A stretch of 32,000 bases of DNA from Zygophlyctis sp. KS116 (Eukaryota; Fungi; Chytridiomycota), in assembly GCA_054661495.1 (NCBI GenBank), contig BAAFSQ010000023.1, positions 1 through 32,000 on the forward strand, in the 5' to 3' direction. The notes beneath the pieces were generated by a model, which did no database searches, had not been told where the DNA came from, and was given only the letters and a program-made list of their open reading frames with translations. Positions 1 to 12,853 of this stretch are shown here, piece by piece. Each line of letters opens with the position of its first letter. Position 1 is the first letter of the stretch. Both the position numbers and the translations under genes were made by a program.

Positions 1-1839
1 AGTATTTGAAGGACAGGGATATCCCCCATTATAAGCAGGAGAAGTATAATAAGTGGTGGTTATAGAGTATCCATTACATGTCCCAGTTGATGTTGATGTA
101 GTAGAACAATCTCGTGAACCTACTGAAGAAGGAGCGGGTATAGAAATACAACTAATTTTGTAGTTTTTTTCGATTGATGATTCATAAAGATCGCTATCAT
201 GGAACCATTTGCCTTTCAAATAAGTGTTTAAACTTATGTATTCAGAGTAATATTCATCTTGACTAAGAATTGTAGAGTTCTGGACATGGCGCCAACCATT
301 TGTATAACTAGGAACAAAGCAAATAGGATCAGAACCCTCCTTGGCCGAATTCACAAATCTCCAAGAATCAAATACTTTTTTTGCTGCGGCATTCTTAAAT
401 CCATCAACGAAATCTCGCTTCCCTACTCTAGGCGAACCAAAAGTTACTAGAGTATACTTTTTGAAATCTGAGTTAAGTAACAAATCATACGCCGCAATTG
501 TTGCAAGAGCTCCACCTAAACTATGGCCAGTTATAATTAAATTATGAGTAGGTTCACTTTTCCTAAGATTCAGTCGAATCCAGTTTTGATCAGCGCTCTG
601 CCAGATATCAAGAAAGCCAGAATGCATTGTGCCGGAGCATTGTGCAGAAGAAGGAAATGCGCATTCTTCAGGAAATGCTTCAACATCACTAAGCCCCTCT
701 GTAGTAGTAGTAGTTCCTTTAAATGCCAACAAGTAAGTATTCCCACTTTTCCATAAATCCGCTACTGTAGTATGACTTATGAGAGACCATGAAAGACAGT
801 TAGACATAAAAAATGATGGGGGTGGGTCGACATAGGCCAAATTTGAAAATTGGGAGGCCATAAAAGCTGTTTCTCGCTGTTCTTTGCTACCACAAGTAGG
901 TTCAAAAGAGCTGGAAACAATGTACGCTACATTGATTGATCCCGAAAGGACGTTTTCATTAACAAATGATAAATAAAAACTTGATGGTATCGTGGTATCC
1001 TCACCACAGTTTTTTACGCCAAATATTCTATTGCTTTCATGGGTATAATCGTCATAATATAAGAATGCGTAGTAGTACACAAAGATATAGAACAAAGAAG
1101 GTGGATAATCATTTCTGATATATGCTCCAATCGAGCCTTGATCTGTATCATATAGCATTCTGGCATGTGCTACATATCCAGGAGACACTGTTTGCGCCCC
1201 AAGTTCAAGTTTGCCGCCGAAAGGGACAACTCCAAATTGAGTTCCAGATGGGAACGTGTAGGTGATTATAAATTTTGTAGAATATGTATCAATATCAGGA
1301 TTTGAAAAGCGAATCTTGTAATTTAAAGGAGTTTGAGCTGGCTGCAAATCGTTAGTTTTTATAACAAACGTTGTTGACCCTTGAGACATCGACACTGCTA
1401 TTTTTTCGTAAACAACAGTACCATCTCGATCGTAAACTAGCGAAATATCAAAACTTGTGCCGAGAGTAAAATGTTGGCTTGTCCATGAAATAGTATACGA
1501 ATTTCCAGAAGCAGTGGCAACCTAATGTTAGCAAGTGCGGGTATATACCCAATATGAAGGAGATGCGAAGCTGACAGTAGGAGATTGGCAATAATCCCAA
1601 TAATAATAGCTTTGCGTAAGTATGCTCCATGAGTATCTATAGTAGTTTGAATCTGAATTGTAACACCACTTGTAAGATGATGATAATGAATAATCACAAG
1701 ATCCAATACATGTTTTTCCATTTGTGCTGATAATACCAGCAGAAGCAAAGTTTAGAAGCAGAAACAATAGTATTATTTCGCGATTCTTTCCAGCATTTGC
1801 AGCAAAATTTGAAGTGAAAAACACGAAGCCGAAAACCAT
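1..1839 (-). CDS. Secreted multidomain class-3 lipase (signal-like segment, Cys/Trp mini-domain, Ig-like domain, lipase_3, TSP1-like motif); 3' end runs off the window
   Basis: Exon 1 is 1839-1549, then a 27-nt GT..CTAAC..AG intron (1548-1522), then 507 open codons from 1521 to 1. Hand translation gives LLAFKGT, MHSGFLDIW, IITGHSLGGALA (Ser codon 522-520), VTFGSPRVG, RFVN..DPICFVP and WFHDSDLY. Missing from the ORF track because there is no stop in the window. Confidence 0.9.
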
Positions 1840-2069
1840 GAAATTTGATATCGAAAACGCGAATCCAACAAAAAAATCGCGTTTTGTTACGTAATTTCCT
1901 ATCAAATGTCATTAAATGTTTTTGGGAAATATGCTGGATGGGCACATTCGGTTTTATTTGCTGCAGATTTAAAGTTTTTAGAAGAATTTAGTCACGAATG
2001 GATAGATAAAGACCTTCCAGATTTAAAATTATTTGAAATTGTCTCTAAAGAAAATTCAGACTTATCAGT

Positions 2070-3588
2070 TTAAGTAATTGGAACTTTCAAAATTGACATG
2101 ACTGTACCTACTAAATGTAGACTTCCACAAACTAGAACAGAATCACAGTCTTTTACGTGGGAAATTGCATCATTTGCACTCTCTGTTACAATAGGAATTG
2201 TAGTTTCTGATTTTGTTACAATATTTGACCATGTTTTAGCCATTATGTTTTGAGCAGAAAGTTCAGGATCGGAATTGACCATATTATTAACTAAATTAGA
2301 ATCTATTGTTTACCGAGAAATAATTACCATTAGATTTATTTGTAGTAAATATTACAACTGAAAAAGGTAGGACAGAGTTTAACTCAGCTAGTGGCTGTAG
2401 AAGATGATCAATATTTCTTCCGCCTGTACAGTTAAATATTAGAGCTCTAGCATAAAAAAAAGACTAAATACCTCTTTTTCCCATTCACAGAATTTTTAAA
2501 CCAATCCACGCATAAATTAATACTTTCATCCGTATGAGCACCGTCAAAATACCATGTTATATCACCTTGTTTAAAGGTCTGTGCCCTACCAGGCCATGAA
2601 GCCATTTTCAAACCAATATTTGCTTCTTCTTCATTCCAAACAATATGTTTATTTTCGCCAGATTCTACCCACTTTCTACAAAGTTCTTTTGCAAGCGCTG
2701 CATTAAGTTTTTGAAATTTTCCCGCTATTCCTATTATAAACTTATATCTAATTACCCAAAGGAATAAGATGCATTTTTTCAATATCCTTCTGATTAATTT
2801 CAATCAACCCACTTGCCCCCAGTTCATGGGCTCTCTCTCTTATAACCTTGATTGCTGAATCTGGTTGGGGTACAGTAATGACTGGCACATTTCTCTAAAA
2901 AAATCAGAATTAAAATAGAAATACCTTGATAATACCTGCCTTATGCCACGCTATTTTATCAATTGTATTTCCCAACACATCTGTATGATCTAATCCTAGA
3001 GAGGATATTCCACAAACAATAGGATCATTTATAACATTAGTTGCATCAAATTGTCCACCCATCCCAACTTCCAGAATAACAGCGTCCACCTTTTTTTGTA
3101 AGAAAACATGAAAGGCCAACAGAGTTAAATAACGAAAGTAAGCAGGTTTTGGAGGGCAGTCTTCTAAATGAGTCTATAATTATTATCTGATATCATACCT
3201 TTTCCCGATCCAGTTTATCCCAAATCTGAAAGAAATAATGGGCGAATTCCTCCTGCTTTAGGGAGACACCAGAAATCTTTATCCTTTCCCGCACTTGCTG
3301 TAAATGAGGAGAAGTGTATAAACCAATTTTTAATGATGGTTCAAGTCTGGATAGTATGCTACTGCAAAATGCACATGTGCTCCCCTTTCCCTTTGTACCT
3401 GCGACATGGATAATGGATAGACGGGACAAGTCGGCAGTCTGATAACCAAGACGTCTCAAATAGTCTGCCATTTCAGGAAGAGATCTTTGGTTTAGCTTTC
3501 CTGACTTTTTTAAGGCTTCAAGGGTGGCTGCATTAGTTTGTAATGTATTAAGTAGATGCAAGGCATCTTGGTACGATCTTGTTCCCAT
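2070..3588 (-). CDS. MET7: Folylpolyglutamate synthase, 6 exons
   Basis: Motifs [68 protein letters not shown]. Five 25-30 nt GT-AG introns (e.g. 3198-3174). Likely ATG 3588; an alternative in-frame ATG is at 3627. Confidence 0.95.
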
Positions 3589-3596
3589 TAGGAGTC

Positions 3597-6379
3597 CTAG
3601 ACCTCTTTGGGTTTCTCTTGGGTACACAATATATGTGCAAGTCCAGCATTGTCTCCAAGCTTGACAAAATTAACAGGATCCAAATCTTTTTTGCATATTG
3701 AGCATAACGTCTCGGAATTGATTTTTACAGGAGGCACGCTCCAATTTGCTTCTTTTTTTAGATTAATCATCTGGTAGTGCCTTGCAATGACTAAAGAATG
3801 ATGAAATTGTTGCATTCTAAGAGAGTGAATATGACGACGTAAATAAGTAGTTATGATTGAATTAATTGAAAATATTGGGGCAGTAGGTGGTAAAACATGA
3901 ATCATCTATATAGTTTTAGGAATCAAAAGAGATACCTTTAATAGGTCAAATTCATTACTATATCTTTCTATCAATTCTAAAACTTTTGAATCATAATAAG
4001 ATTGATTTGTTTTTGAGTTGTCTATCATGGCTTGCAAAAGATGATGGAGTGCAGCTGTTTTAGATTCAGGAGGAATTTTCATTATGTATTCTTCAGCTCC
4101 ATAGAAATCATCAAAGTTCCTAACAAGTCTAGAGATAGCATCAAAATGATTGCAACTCTTGAATTATGAAAATAAAATTTACCGCAAAATCAATTGCACA
4201 GAGTTCTAATGTCCATTCAGAATCATCACTTAAATTAGAAATTGATTTTTCAAATTTAGAAACGTCAAAAAACTTTGAAGTCTGTAAAAACTTGATAAGC
4301 TTTGACTTTGACGCACATTTAAACCAAGATTTTTCCCATAAAAAGGTTTCGAATGAAAATGCAGGTTTTAGATTGCGGAATTCCTTTATTAAAGGACTGA
4401 TTGATTCATTTGATTCTATTACTATTTGAAGAAGCGCTAAAGCTAGTTCAGTGTGATATGTTGTATTCTAAAAAATAAATATGTCGGGATAAATCACCTG
4501 TGATGATAAATCGAATATTAAATATTCTAAATAGGTACAAGAAGCAGCGTGGTTCTGAAGTTTTAAATATTCTAAAATCTGATCGTGGCTAAAAAGGCCC
4601 ATTTTCTGTTTTTGCTTAAATATCTAATTTCTAAAGGAATTTCAAAATACCGTGAGAGCCAATTCATGATCTTTTTCTAAAACTGAAGAGATGTATTTTA
4701 AAATAGTATTCGCATCAGAAACACTATTTAGGTAATCCACAATTAATGAAGAGCCAGGAAATGCATGATCAACCAGCTGCCCAGCATCAAGTTTGACCCA
4801 TAGTTCCAAAGCTTTCTCTAGCATATTATGCGACTGATAAAGAAGGCTTAATCCATAAAATTTCTAATATTACAGAGAATTTTATACATTATGTTTCAAC
4901 AGTTCCTCTTCACAAAATTCCAAAACACAACTGTTTGGACCCTTGAGAAGTGTATAGAGGCCTTCTTCATCATTTTTCAAATATAGTTTTAACAATGCGC
5001 AATCCATTTCCTATAATTTAATTTTCTTAAATGTACTTGAATGCATGAATGATTTGGATTATCTTTTTTAAAGGCTAATAAATAGTTTAGTAATGCATTA
5101 TCAGCTACATCTAGTAATCCATCTCTAAAAGACTTTGATTCGACATGGTCAATGTCTGGAAATTTACTAGAAATCAAATCATCAACTACTTTTTAGTTTT
5201 AGAAATTACCAATCTTTGAAATCAATAAATTTTCATCAGTATTCCAATCTGGAAAAAATGAAATAATAATTTTTGGATCAACTTTTGCCTTTAAATACAA
5301 TTCAAACGCTTCCTGAAAAAACGTTTCATATAATAGAGTTTCAGCGCCTTTTGTATAAAGTTGTTTTAATTTCTTTAAATAAGTAGACTGATCCCATAAT
5401 TGATCTAGAGTTTCTGCTAAAAATATTGCACGTGAAACTTGTTTACTTTCAATTAATTCCGATAATAAAGTTTGTAAATCTTTAATTACAATCCCAAAAC
5501 AACTACTACCAGTACAAAATACATTTAAAATAGAATTATCCAACTCAATCCCAAAATCAGCCTTGTAAAGCCTTAATTCCTTTGAATTATACGGTAAATC
5601 AACAATTTGAACCAATTCCTGATTAAATACATTATGTACATAAATCTGACTATTTTCCAGAGTTGAAATAATCCAAGGATAAGAAAATACACCTGAAGTC
5701 ACCTTAAATGGCCATTCCAAAGTCCCTTTAGTCGGATCTCCAACTTTTGTTATAAAAATCCCCAAAACTTTATTCTCACCATCACAAGTCAACAAGAATT
5801 CCTCCTTTAATGGTATAATCAAAGGATTATTAATTTCCCTATCAAAAGGAAAAAGAGGAATTAGAACACCATTATTTAGATTTAAAATCTTGTAAATTTT
5901 TGAGTCTGCCATACATACAAATTGCCCAATCCTTTTCATAATACTTGATCCATTTACAATCTGAAATTCCTAATTTAAGCATTAATCTAAAATACACTCT
6001 CCTTGATCAAGTTTTTATCGTGTAATCTCCAATTCACCAGACAATTATTCCCATCTATAGTAGTAAATCTATCCAAAACCTCAATATCCCGTTCCACCAT
6101 CAAAACTCGTCTAATTGTTTTAATGAATAGCGGACGTAGAGAATCAGAATCCCAGAAATTTACAGAATGATCAATATGCATTAATAATTTTCCTGGTGAA
6201 ACTTGAAAGAAATTTAAAATTTTTGATGATTTCATTGATATTTGAATAAATTTACCATTTTCCCAATTAAATTTATATATGCCCCTAGCGCTTGAAATAA
6301 TTATAGTCTCTCCATGACAATCCAGACCATTGATGTCCACAGGGAATTCAGGAAATTCCATTAAAGTCATTGGTTCCAT
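3597..6379 (-). CDS. Vps39/Vps3 (TGFBRAP1-like) endosomal tethering complex subunit, 9 exons
   Basis: CNH-like beta-propeller N-terminus (GIFITKVGDPTKGTLEWP), helical repeats (ALELW, YHTELALALL), C-terminal CSIC..HILC zinc finger. Eight 24-30 nt GT-AG introns restore one frame. Confidence 0.85.
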
Positions 6380-6420
6380 TTACAATTTGTCAACCTTGCC
6401 AGACGCCTACTAGAAAAAGT
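6380..6420. promoter_or_regulatory. 41-nt bidirectional promoter region (Vps39/Vps3-like gene and GlnRS)
   Basis: Divergent ATGs at 6379(-) and 6421(+). Contains GTCAA (6389-6393) and CGCCTACT (6404-6411). Confidence 0.6.
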
Positions 6421-8774
6421 ATGAATTTGATTGAATTGTTTACAGACAAGTTGTTATTGTCGTCTGAAAAGGCCCAGGAGACTTTGGCGAATAAGAAATT
6501 ATCTGCAAAATTACAGAGTATATTAGAGATTGTATTTCTTTTGGAATAATTTTATAGGCTTGTAATAAAACTCAAAATTGGGATCAGGGAATTTGTAATC
6601 TGCTCTATCATTTGGGATCAGTCTCTAAAAATACTAATAATTTAGAGGAAATTACTGAATCTATTCTAGATACAAGACTAAAAAATGTTGATCAAGTTAA
6701 TGCTGCTATACAATACTCTGATTCTTTAAAAGGTGGAATTTGGGTTAATGAGGATTTTGAAAAGGCTGCAGGTGTGGGGGTGGTTGTTACTAGAGATCAA
6801 GTTGAGGAAACTGTTTTTAGGATTTCTAATGAAAAATTAAAGGATATACAAGCAAAAAGATTTACATTTTTAGGGAATTTTTTAGGATTAGTTAAACAGG
6901 AATTGAAATGGGCAAATTCTTTGGATGTAAAGGATTTAGTTACTTGTAGATTACAAGAAATTTTAGGTCCTAGGGATGAAAGAGATGATTTGAAAAAGAA
7001 GAAAAAGGAAAAGAATTTAGGAAAATTGGATGGATTATCTGCTAGAGATGTCGTAGAATTGGCTAAAAGTTTTAAATTTATACATGAGGGGGAATTAGCA
7101 AGACTTCATAAACCTGGTGAAAATCCTCAAATTAAACAAGAGTTGATGCAAGAGCATTTAAAGGCTACAGGAGGAAAAGTTGTTACTAGATTTCCTCCAG
7201 AACCAAATGGTTTTTTACATATTGGGCATGCAAAGGCAATTAATATAAATTTTGCTTATGCTCAAGCTTTTAATGGAAAAACTAATCTTCGATATGATGA
7301 TACCAATCCAGAAGCTGAAGAAGAAGAATATTTTACTGCAATAAAGGATACTGTGGAATGGTTGGGATTTAAACCAGACCAAATTACATACTCTTCAGAT
7401 TATTTTAGTAAACTATATGAACTGGCAATAAGACTCATTCAGGTTGATAAAGCATATGTATGTCACTGTACAGGGGAAGAAATTTTTGCTGGTAGAGGTG
7501 GAGAAAGCAAAGGACCAAGGCACGAATGTGTTCATCGTTCTCGTCCAATACAAGAATCACTAGAGGAATTTAAGAAAATGAAAAATGGCTTATATAAGGA
7601 AGGTCAAGCTATTTTAAGAATGAAAATGGATATGCAGAATCCATCTCCTCAATTTTGGGATTTAGTAGCTTATCGTGTATTGTTTTCAACTCATGTACGT
7701 TCTGGAGATGATTGGTGCATTTATCCAACATATGATTATACACACTGTTTGGTGGATTCTTTTGAAAATATTACGCATTCATTGTGCACAACTGAATTTG
7801 TAATGTCAAGACCTTCATACTATTGGCTTGTGGATGCTTTGGAAGTATATAAACCCGTACAATGGGAATACGGACGTCTCAATTTAACAAATACAGTTTT
7901 ATCTAAACGTAAACTTATGAAACTAGTTGAAGAAAAAGTTGTTTCTGGCTGGGATGATCCTAGACTCTATACTCTTTCAGCTGTTCGACGTCGTGGGTTC
8001 ACTCCAGAGGCAATAAATTCCTTTGTACGAGATTTAGGAGTTACTACAAGTAATACAGTAATTGAAGTAGAAAGATTGGAGGGATATCTTCGGGACCATT
8101 TAAATGCCATTGCTCCAAGATATATGCTTATTCTTGATCCAATCAAAGTTGTTATTACTAATTTGCCTCAAGATCATCTGGAAATGTTTGAAATGTCGAA
8201 TAAACCCAAAGGAGAGGAAGGAGAGTCACACAAGATACCTTTTACTAGTACGATATATATAGATCGTTCAGATTTCAAGGAAGAAGATAATGATCCAAAC
8301 TTTTACAGGCTTTGTATTGGCAAATCCGTAGGATTACTTCATGTTCCTTGCCCCATAAAAGCTACTTCTATCCAGAAAGATGCAGAAACTGGGCAAATTA
8401 CTATTTTAGCAAATTATGAAAATGATGGAGAGTTTAAGAAGCCTAAAACATACATTCAGTGGGTTGCATCCGCCCCTTCTCTCGGGTCTCCTCTAAAGAT
8501 TGAAACCCGCCTTTACTCAAATTTATTTTTACATTCTAATCCATTATCAAAGGAGGAGGTTCCTGGGGGATGGATGTCTGATATCAATCCTGAATCACTC
8601 AAAGTAGTCAGTTCATATGGTGATATTGGATTAAAGCAACTAAAGGTAGAAGACAAATTTCAAGCTGTTAGAGTTGGTTACTTTTGCTTAGATAAAGATT
8701 CGGACCTTGCAAAAGACAAAATAGTTATCAATAGAACTGTTTCTCTCAAAGAGGATAGTAAAAAAGGAAAATAA
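6421..8774 (+). CDS. GLN4: Glutaminyl-tRNA synthetase (eukaryotic, with N-terminal tRNA-binding extension)
   Basis: TRFPPEPNGFLHIGHAKA (HIGH motif), DDTNPE, IYPTYDYTHC, ITHSLCTTEF, LSKRKL, GWDDPRL. ATG at 6421 with a 26-nt intron (6532-6557) joining the 6612 ORF in frame. Confidence 0.97.
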
Positions 8775-8778
8775 AAAC

Positions 8779-10084
8779 TTAGACTTCTTCTACAGTTATA
8801 TCGCAAAATCCAGTAGCCTGTAATCTTGTCGCTAAATGAGATCCAACAGCACTTGCGCATGTCAGTATTCCCCCTCTATCATTTTTAAAAATTTTAATTA
8901 CTTTAAAGGCTTAATAGTCCCTGAGTTTGCAATACGATCTTTATCTAAAGATAGAGCCAACGCAGTCTCAGCCACCATACGTGCAGTTCCATAATAACCA
9001 GGATCAAATTTCATATGCATTGTCACCTTTACTTTATCTTCAGTTTCCTATTCTTAATATCATTAATATTTACAACTGCTTGCCCATAAGTCGCCGACTT
9101 GAAGAATCCAGTTTCCAGATTTTTGCGATCTGGACCTTGACCAGCAGGAATATACTTCATAACAACACGTCTAAACTTTACTAAAAGAAAAAATACCTCA
9201 CCCAAGTAAACCAAATCAGGAAAGCTCCTAAAAAGAACCCGATATTTGAAAAAACAGCAAATAACCAGTTTGAACTGACCACCATTTCCTGATACTTAAA
9301 ACTTGGCCCATAATTGAGTAAAGAGGCACTTCTTCTTACATAGCGAGTATTTGCTTGTTCCATAAAGAAATAAGAAAGCCATTTTTTCAAATCCTTATCA
9401 TAAAGCAAAAATGGAGAAAATTGAGTATCCTTTTTTATCGGTACATGGTCAGCTTCGCAAATACAATAAGGATCTGATATTTCCTGTAATTTAGCCTTTG
9501 GCAGCTTAAGCGTCGTATCCAGAGATGCTATTGTCCCACCTGAAACTCCTCCCTTTGCATCTATAAGACAGAACTGAACCGAGCCAGTAGTTAATCCCTT
9601 TTTAGCGAAATGATCAGCAACTAAAAACGTAGTGAGATCTCCTGGTAAAGAATCAAACCCAGAACCCGGCACAATAATCACTCCCTTTTCAGCAGCTTCC
9701 TTGTGATATTTCAAAATATTCTTAATAAATGCAGTTTCTCCTGTTATATCTACATAATGTGTTCCATTCCGGATACAACTTTCAACTAAAATTCAGCAAT
9801 TAGCTCTTACCAACAGGTTCACCATATAATAAATAAGGTCCTACAGTAGATATCAGCACTCTGGTCTTTGCCGTCATTTTATCGAGTGATTTAATGTCAT
9901 CGGCATCTGCCAAAACAATTTCAACTTTGGCATTCTTATTAATTGACAAGAGTCTTTCATGCACCTCCTCCAGTTTATTAAGATTGCGACCAGCTATCCC
10001 AAACTTGTACGACTTGGTTGCCAAATATTCTGCAACTAGTTTACCTGTAAATCCAGTCGCTCCGTAAATGATCAGATCAAGCAT
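8779..10084 (-). CDS. Saccharopine dehydrogenase-like oxidoreductase (SCCPDH / trans-acting enoyl reductase family), 4 exons
   Basis: Rossmann IIYGATGFTG, IAGRN, STVGPY..YGEPV, HYVDITGE, GFDSLPGD, SGGT, DPGY, GGILT. Three 25-26 nt introns; stop TAA at 8781-8779. Confidence 0.9.
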
Positions 10085-10135
10085 TTCAAAATTTTACGTT
10101 TATTTCTCAAATTAATTCTAATAGTTATAAAATTG

Positions 10136-12735
10136 TTAAGATTTCTTATTTTCTTCTTGATCCTGTTCAACAGGCTTTGTATGATTCAAATCTTTCATTT
10201 CAATTTCAGTCTTTTGAGAATTAAAAAATTCTTGTCCGATAATGAACCATCTATAAAATAAAGACCCATCTAGAACTTCATCAAGGTCAAATCCATTAGA
10301 TTTTAAATACTTCTTGAGCTCCTTCAATGTACTTTGAACAGTAGAATAGGAAATAGAAAGCATCGCTTTTGAAAGTCCAAGACTATAAACTATATAAACT
10401 GAACTGGCAATTATGGCTAAAGTTAAGAAAAACATGGGGCTTCTTAAAACTGCCATTATTTCATTCCATCCTAATGCAATAGTTAATGCAATAAACCACC
10501 AGGGAATCTGGGTAACTGTTGAAGTCATTGCACGCTTTGCTTCAATAAATGTACTATCGGCTTCTTTTCTGAATCGTGTTTTCAGGGAATTAAACTTTGA
10601 TGGGGAAAGCATAACCAAGGATTTGGAGTCCCAAGACTATCAATTAGTTTAAAGAGAAATACGGAATGGCCTTTAATGTCATGATCAATTTTATCAACTG
10701 GGAATTTAGCCACTGATAAAAGTTCTGCAAATGCATCAGCAGCTTCTTTAGCTTGAGCAAATGTACCGTCTACATCATCTGCAGCTTTCCAAACTCTGGG
10801 AATGCCATTCTTATCATACTTAAATTTACTATCAAACCTAACTTTAGATACAAAGTAAATAAATACCTGGTTCTTAAACGGTCAATAACTTGAACTTCAA
10901 TCATATTCGATGATAATACTCTTAAAAGGGTATTCCAAATTATCATTTTATGACTATTAAGAGCTGAAGCATATTCTTCTTTTGGCAATTCAAAATCTGA
11001 AAAATTAAAAAATGTAAACTATACCATTGTAAATGCTAGAAAACTTTTGACACGATTCAGAAAAGCATTTTTCAAAGATATTGAAAATATCATCCCATAA
11101 TCCTGGCAATCCTTCATCTAGAGCGATGACTACTGGTTCAGCTAGAAGACTGATAAAATCCTTCTGAAGGATTTAAAATTCAAAATTAATTTACCTCCAA
11201 TTTAGCTGTATTTTTTTCTAAAGCTTCTTTCTTCTTGATTGATGAAATTTCTTCAACTTCATTGGAGAATTCTAGAATAAGTTCGTCAACATTCCAATCA
11301 ACTGCTGAAAACAAGGACTCTAATTTCAGACTACTAAACAAGCATACCTTGAGCATCACTTTTAAATCTGTCTAGAGAAACATTTACTAGATCATGCAAT
11401 TTTTGTATGAATTTTGGGTCATCTTCTGGTACAGAGCTCTAAATATCTCAGGTAATATATTCATTACCTTTAAGGACTCCAAAAATTCTTGAATAGACTT
11501 CCTATGAAGATTTCTGATTTGCTGAACAAAAAGGGTATGCAGTAAAGAATCCAATTTCTCTACTAAATCTTGGCGTTTAGATTGATAGACATCTTGGTGA
11601 TATCGCGAAGCATTTTGGTCGAAAACATCTTTAAATTAAAATACAAATACATACCCAGCGCAACCTTGTAATTATCAGAAAATAATTTCCCAACTTTCAA
11701 TAAAACCTGACCACTTTCAATCTTTAAACGAGAATCTTTCAAAACAGTAATAAATTCATCATAAACGCTCTAAAATTTAGGGGAAAAATATCCTTACACG
11801 CTCAATTTCATCGCATCTATATTGAGCTAATAATTGTTTTTGAGATGGTAAATCCAAATCTTTATTTTCTAGGATACATTTCCAGATAGAGGAAGCAAAT
11901 GCCGCAAATCCATCTGCAGGAATATTTTTATGATAATTTGAAGAAAATATATACTTTTCATGATTTGAATCAGAAAATCTATCCGTAAGCTGAGCCACAT
12001 CTTCCATAAACTTTTCAGGCGTAAACACTTTATGCGGCATCCCTACAAATTCTGTATCAAAAAAATCATGAAACTTTGAGTCTTCTTTACCCTTTGGCTT
12101 TGATAGTCCATCCCAAATCTTTTCAATATCTGACTTTAACGTGGCTGATAAATTATCCAAAGATGTTACATTTGTAAAATCTCTAATAACAAATAAAAGC
12201 AACGTTTTTGAAGATCTTGCTATTAAAAATTATAAAATCACCCTTTTTTCTGAAACAATTCCAAATTTACTTCCAAGACCGTTTTCAATAACCCCATATT
12301 AGCACCATTATAAAGCCCAACCATATGTTCCCACATGTTTACAATAACAACCTCTGCAATCGCCAATGAAAACAATGCACTTTTCCTTTCAAAATCCTGT
12401 TTGATGAGTGAATAATACGTACTTGATCTTCTCCACGTTCACGACCGTCTGTCCCCTCAACGTCCAAGACCAATATAGAGTTTTTCGACGCTTTCCCAAG
12501 CCAGATTCCTATTGAAATTTATTAGAGATTCAATACCTTTAGTTGTCTGAGAGCGCATCTTCCCGTCCATGACATCAAAACTTGTATCAAACAATGCATT
12601 CAAAAGTGTAGATTTGCCCGTTGACTGACTTCCAAAAACCGCAACCACATGATAATTAAATCCAACCAATTTCCATTCAACTAATTTATTCCCAACATTG
12701 TCGGAGAAGTTGTAGTCCTCTGAAATCACTTGCAT
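10136..12735 (-). CDS. SEY1: Dynamin-like ER membrane fusion GTPase Sey1/RHD3, about 12 exons
   Basis: P-loop [58 protein letters not shown], and C-terminal hairpin TM IPWW..LGWNE. Introns of 26-31 nt. Confidence 0.96.
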
Positions 12736-12853
12736 CGTATGACGTTTGGTTCGTGTTAGGTTTACCGTACCACGGCAGCCAGTTTTTACAATTGGTCTTT
12801 TAAATTGTCCAGACAGGACTGTTTCAAAATAATAATAAAATATTTATATTAAT

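Noticed and set aside
259-756. Short + strand ORFs (259-450, 341-547, 544-756) and similar short ORFs at 4166, 8678, 8927, 10413, 13517, 18527, 21243, 22373, 26517, 26757 and 27506
   Set aside because: Antisense shadows of well-supported genes on the other strand.
3578-3602. Possible 25-nt intron (GTCTAG..CTAAT..AAG) splicing out the Vps39-like stop to fuse it with FPGS
   Set aside because: The donor is phase 0 but the FPGS frame needs phase 2; splicing gives IVPRCLAST-stop, not a fusion.
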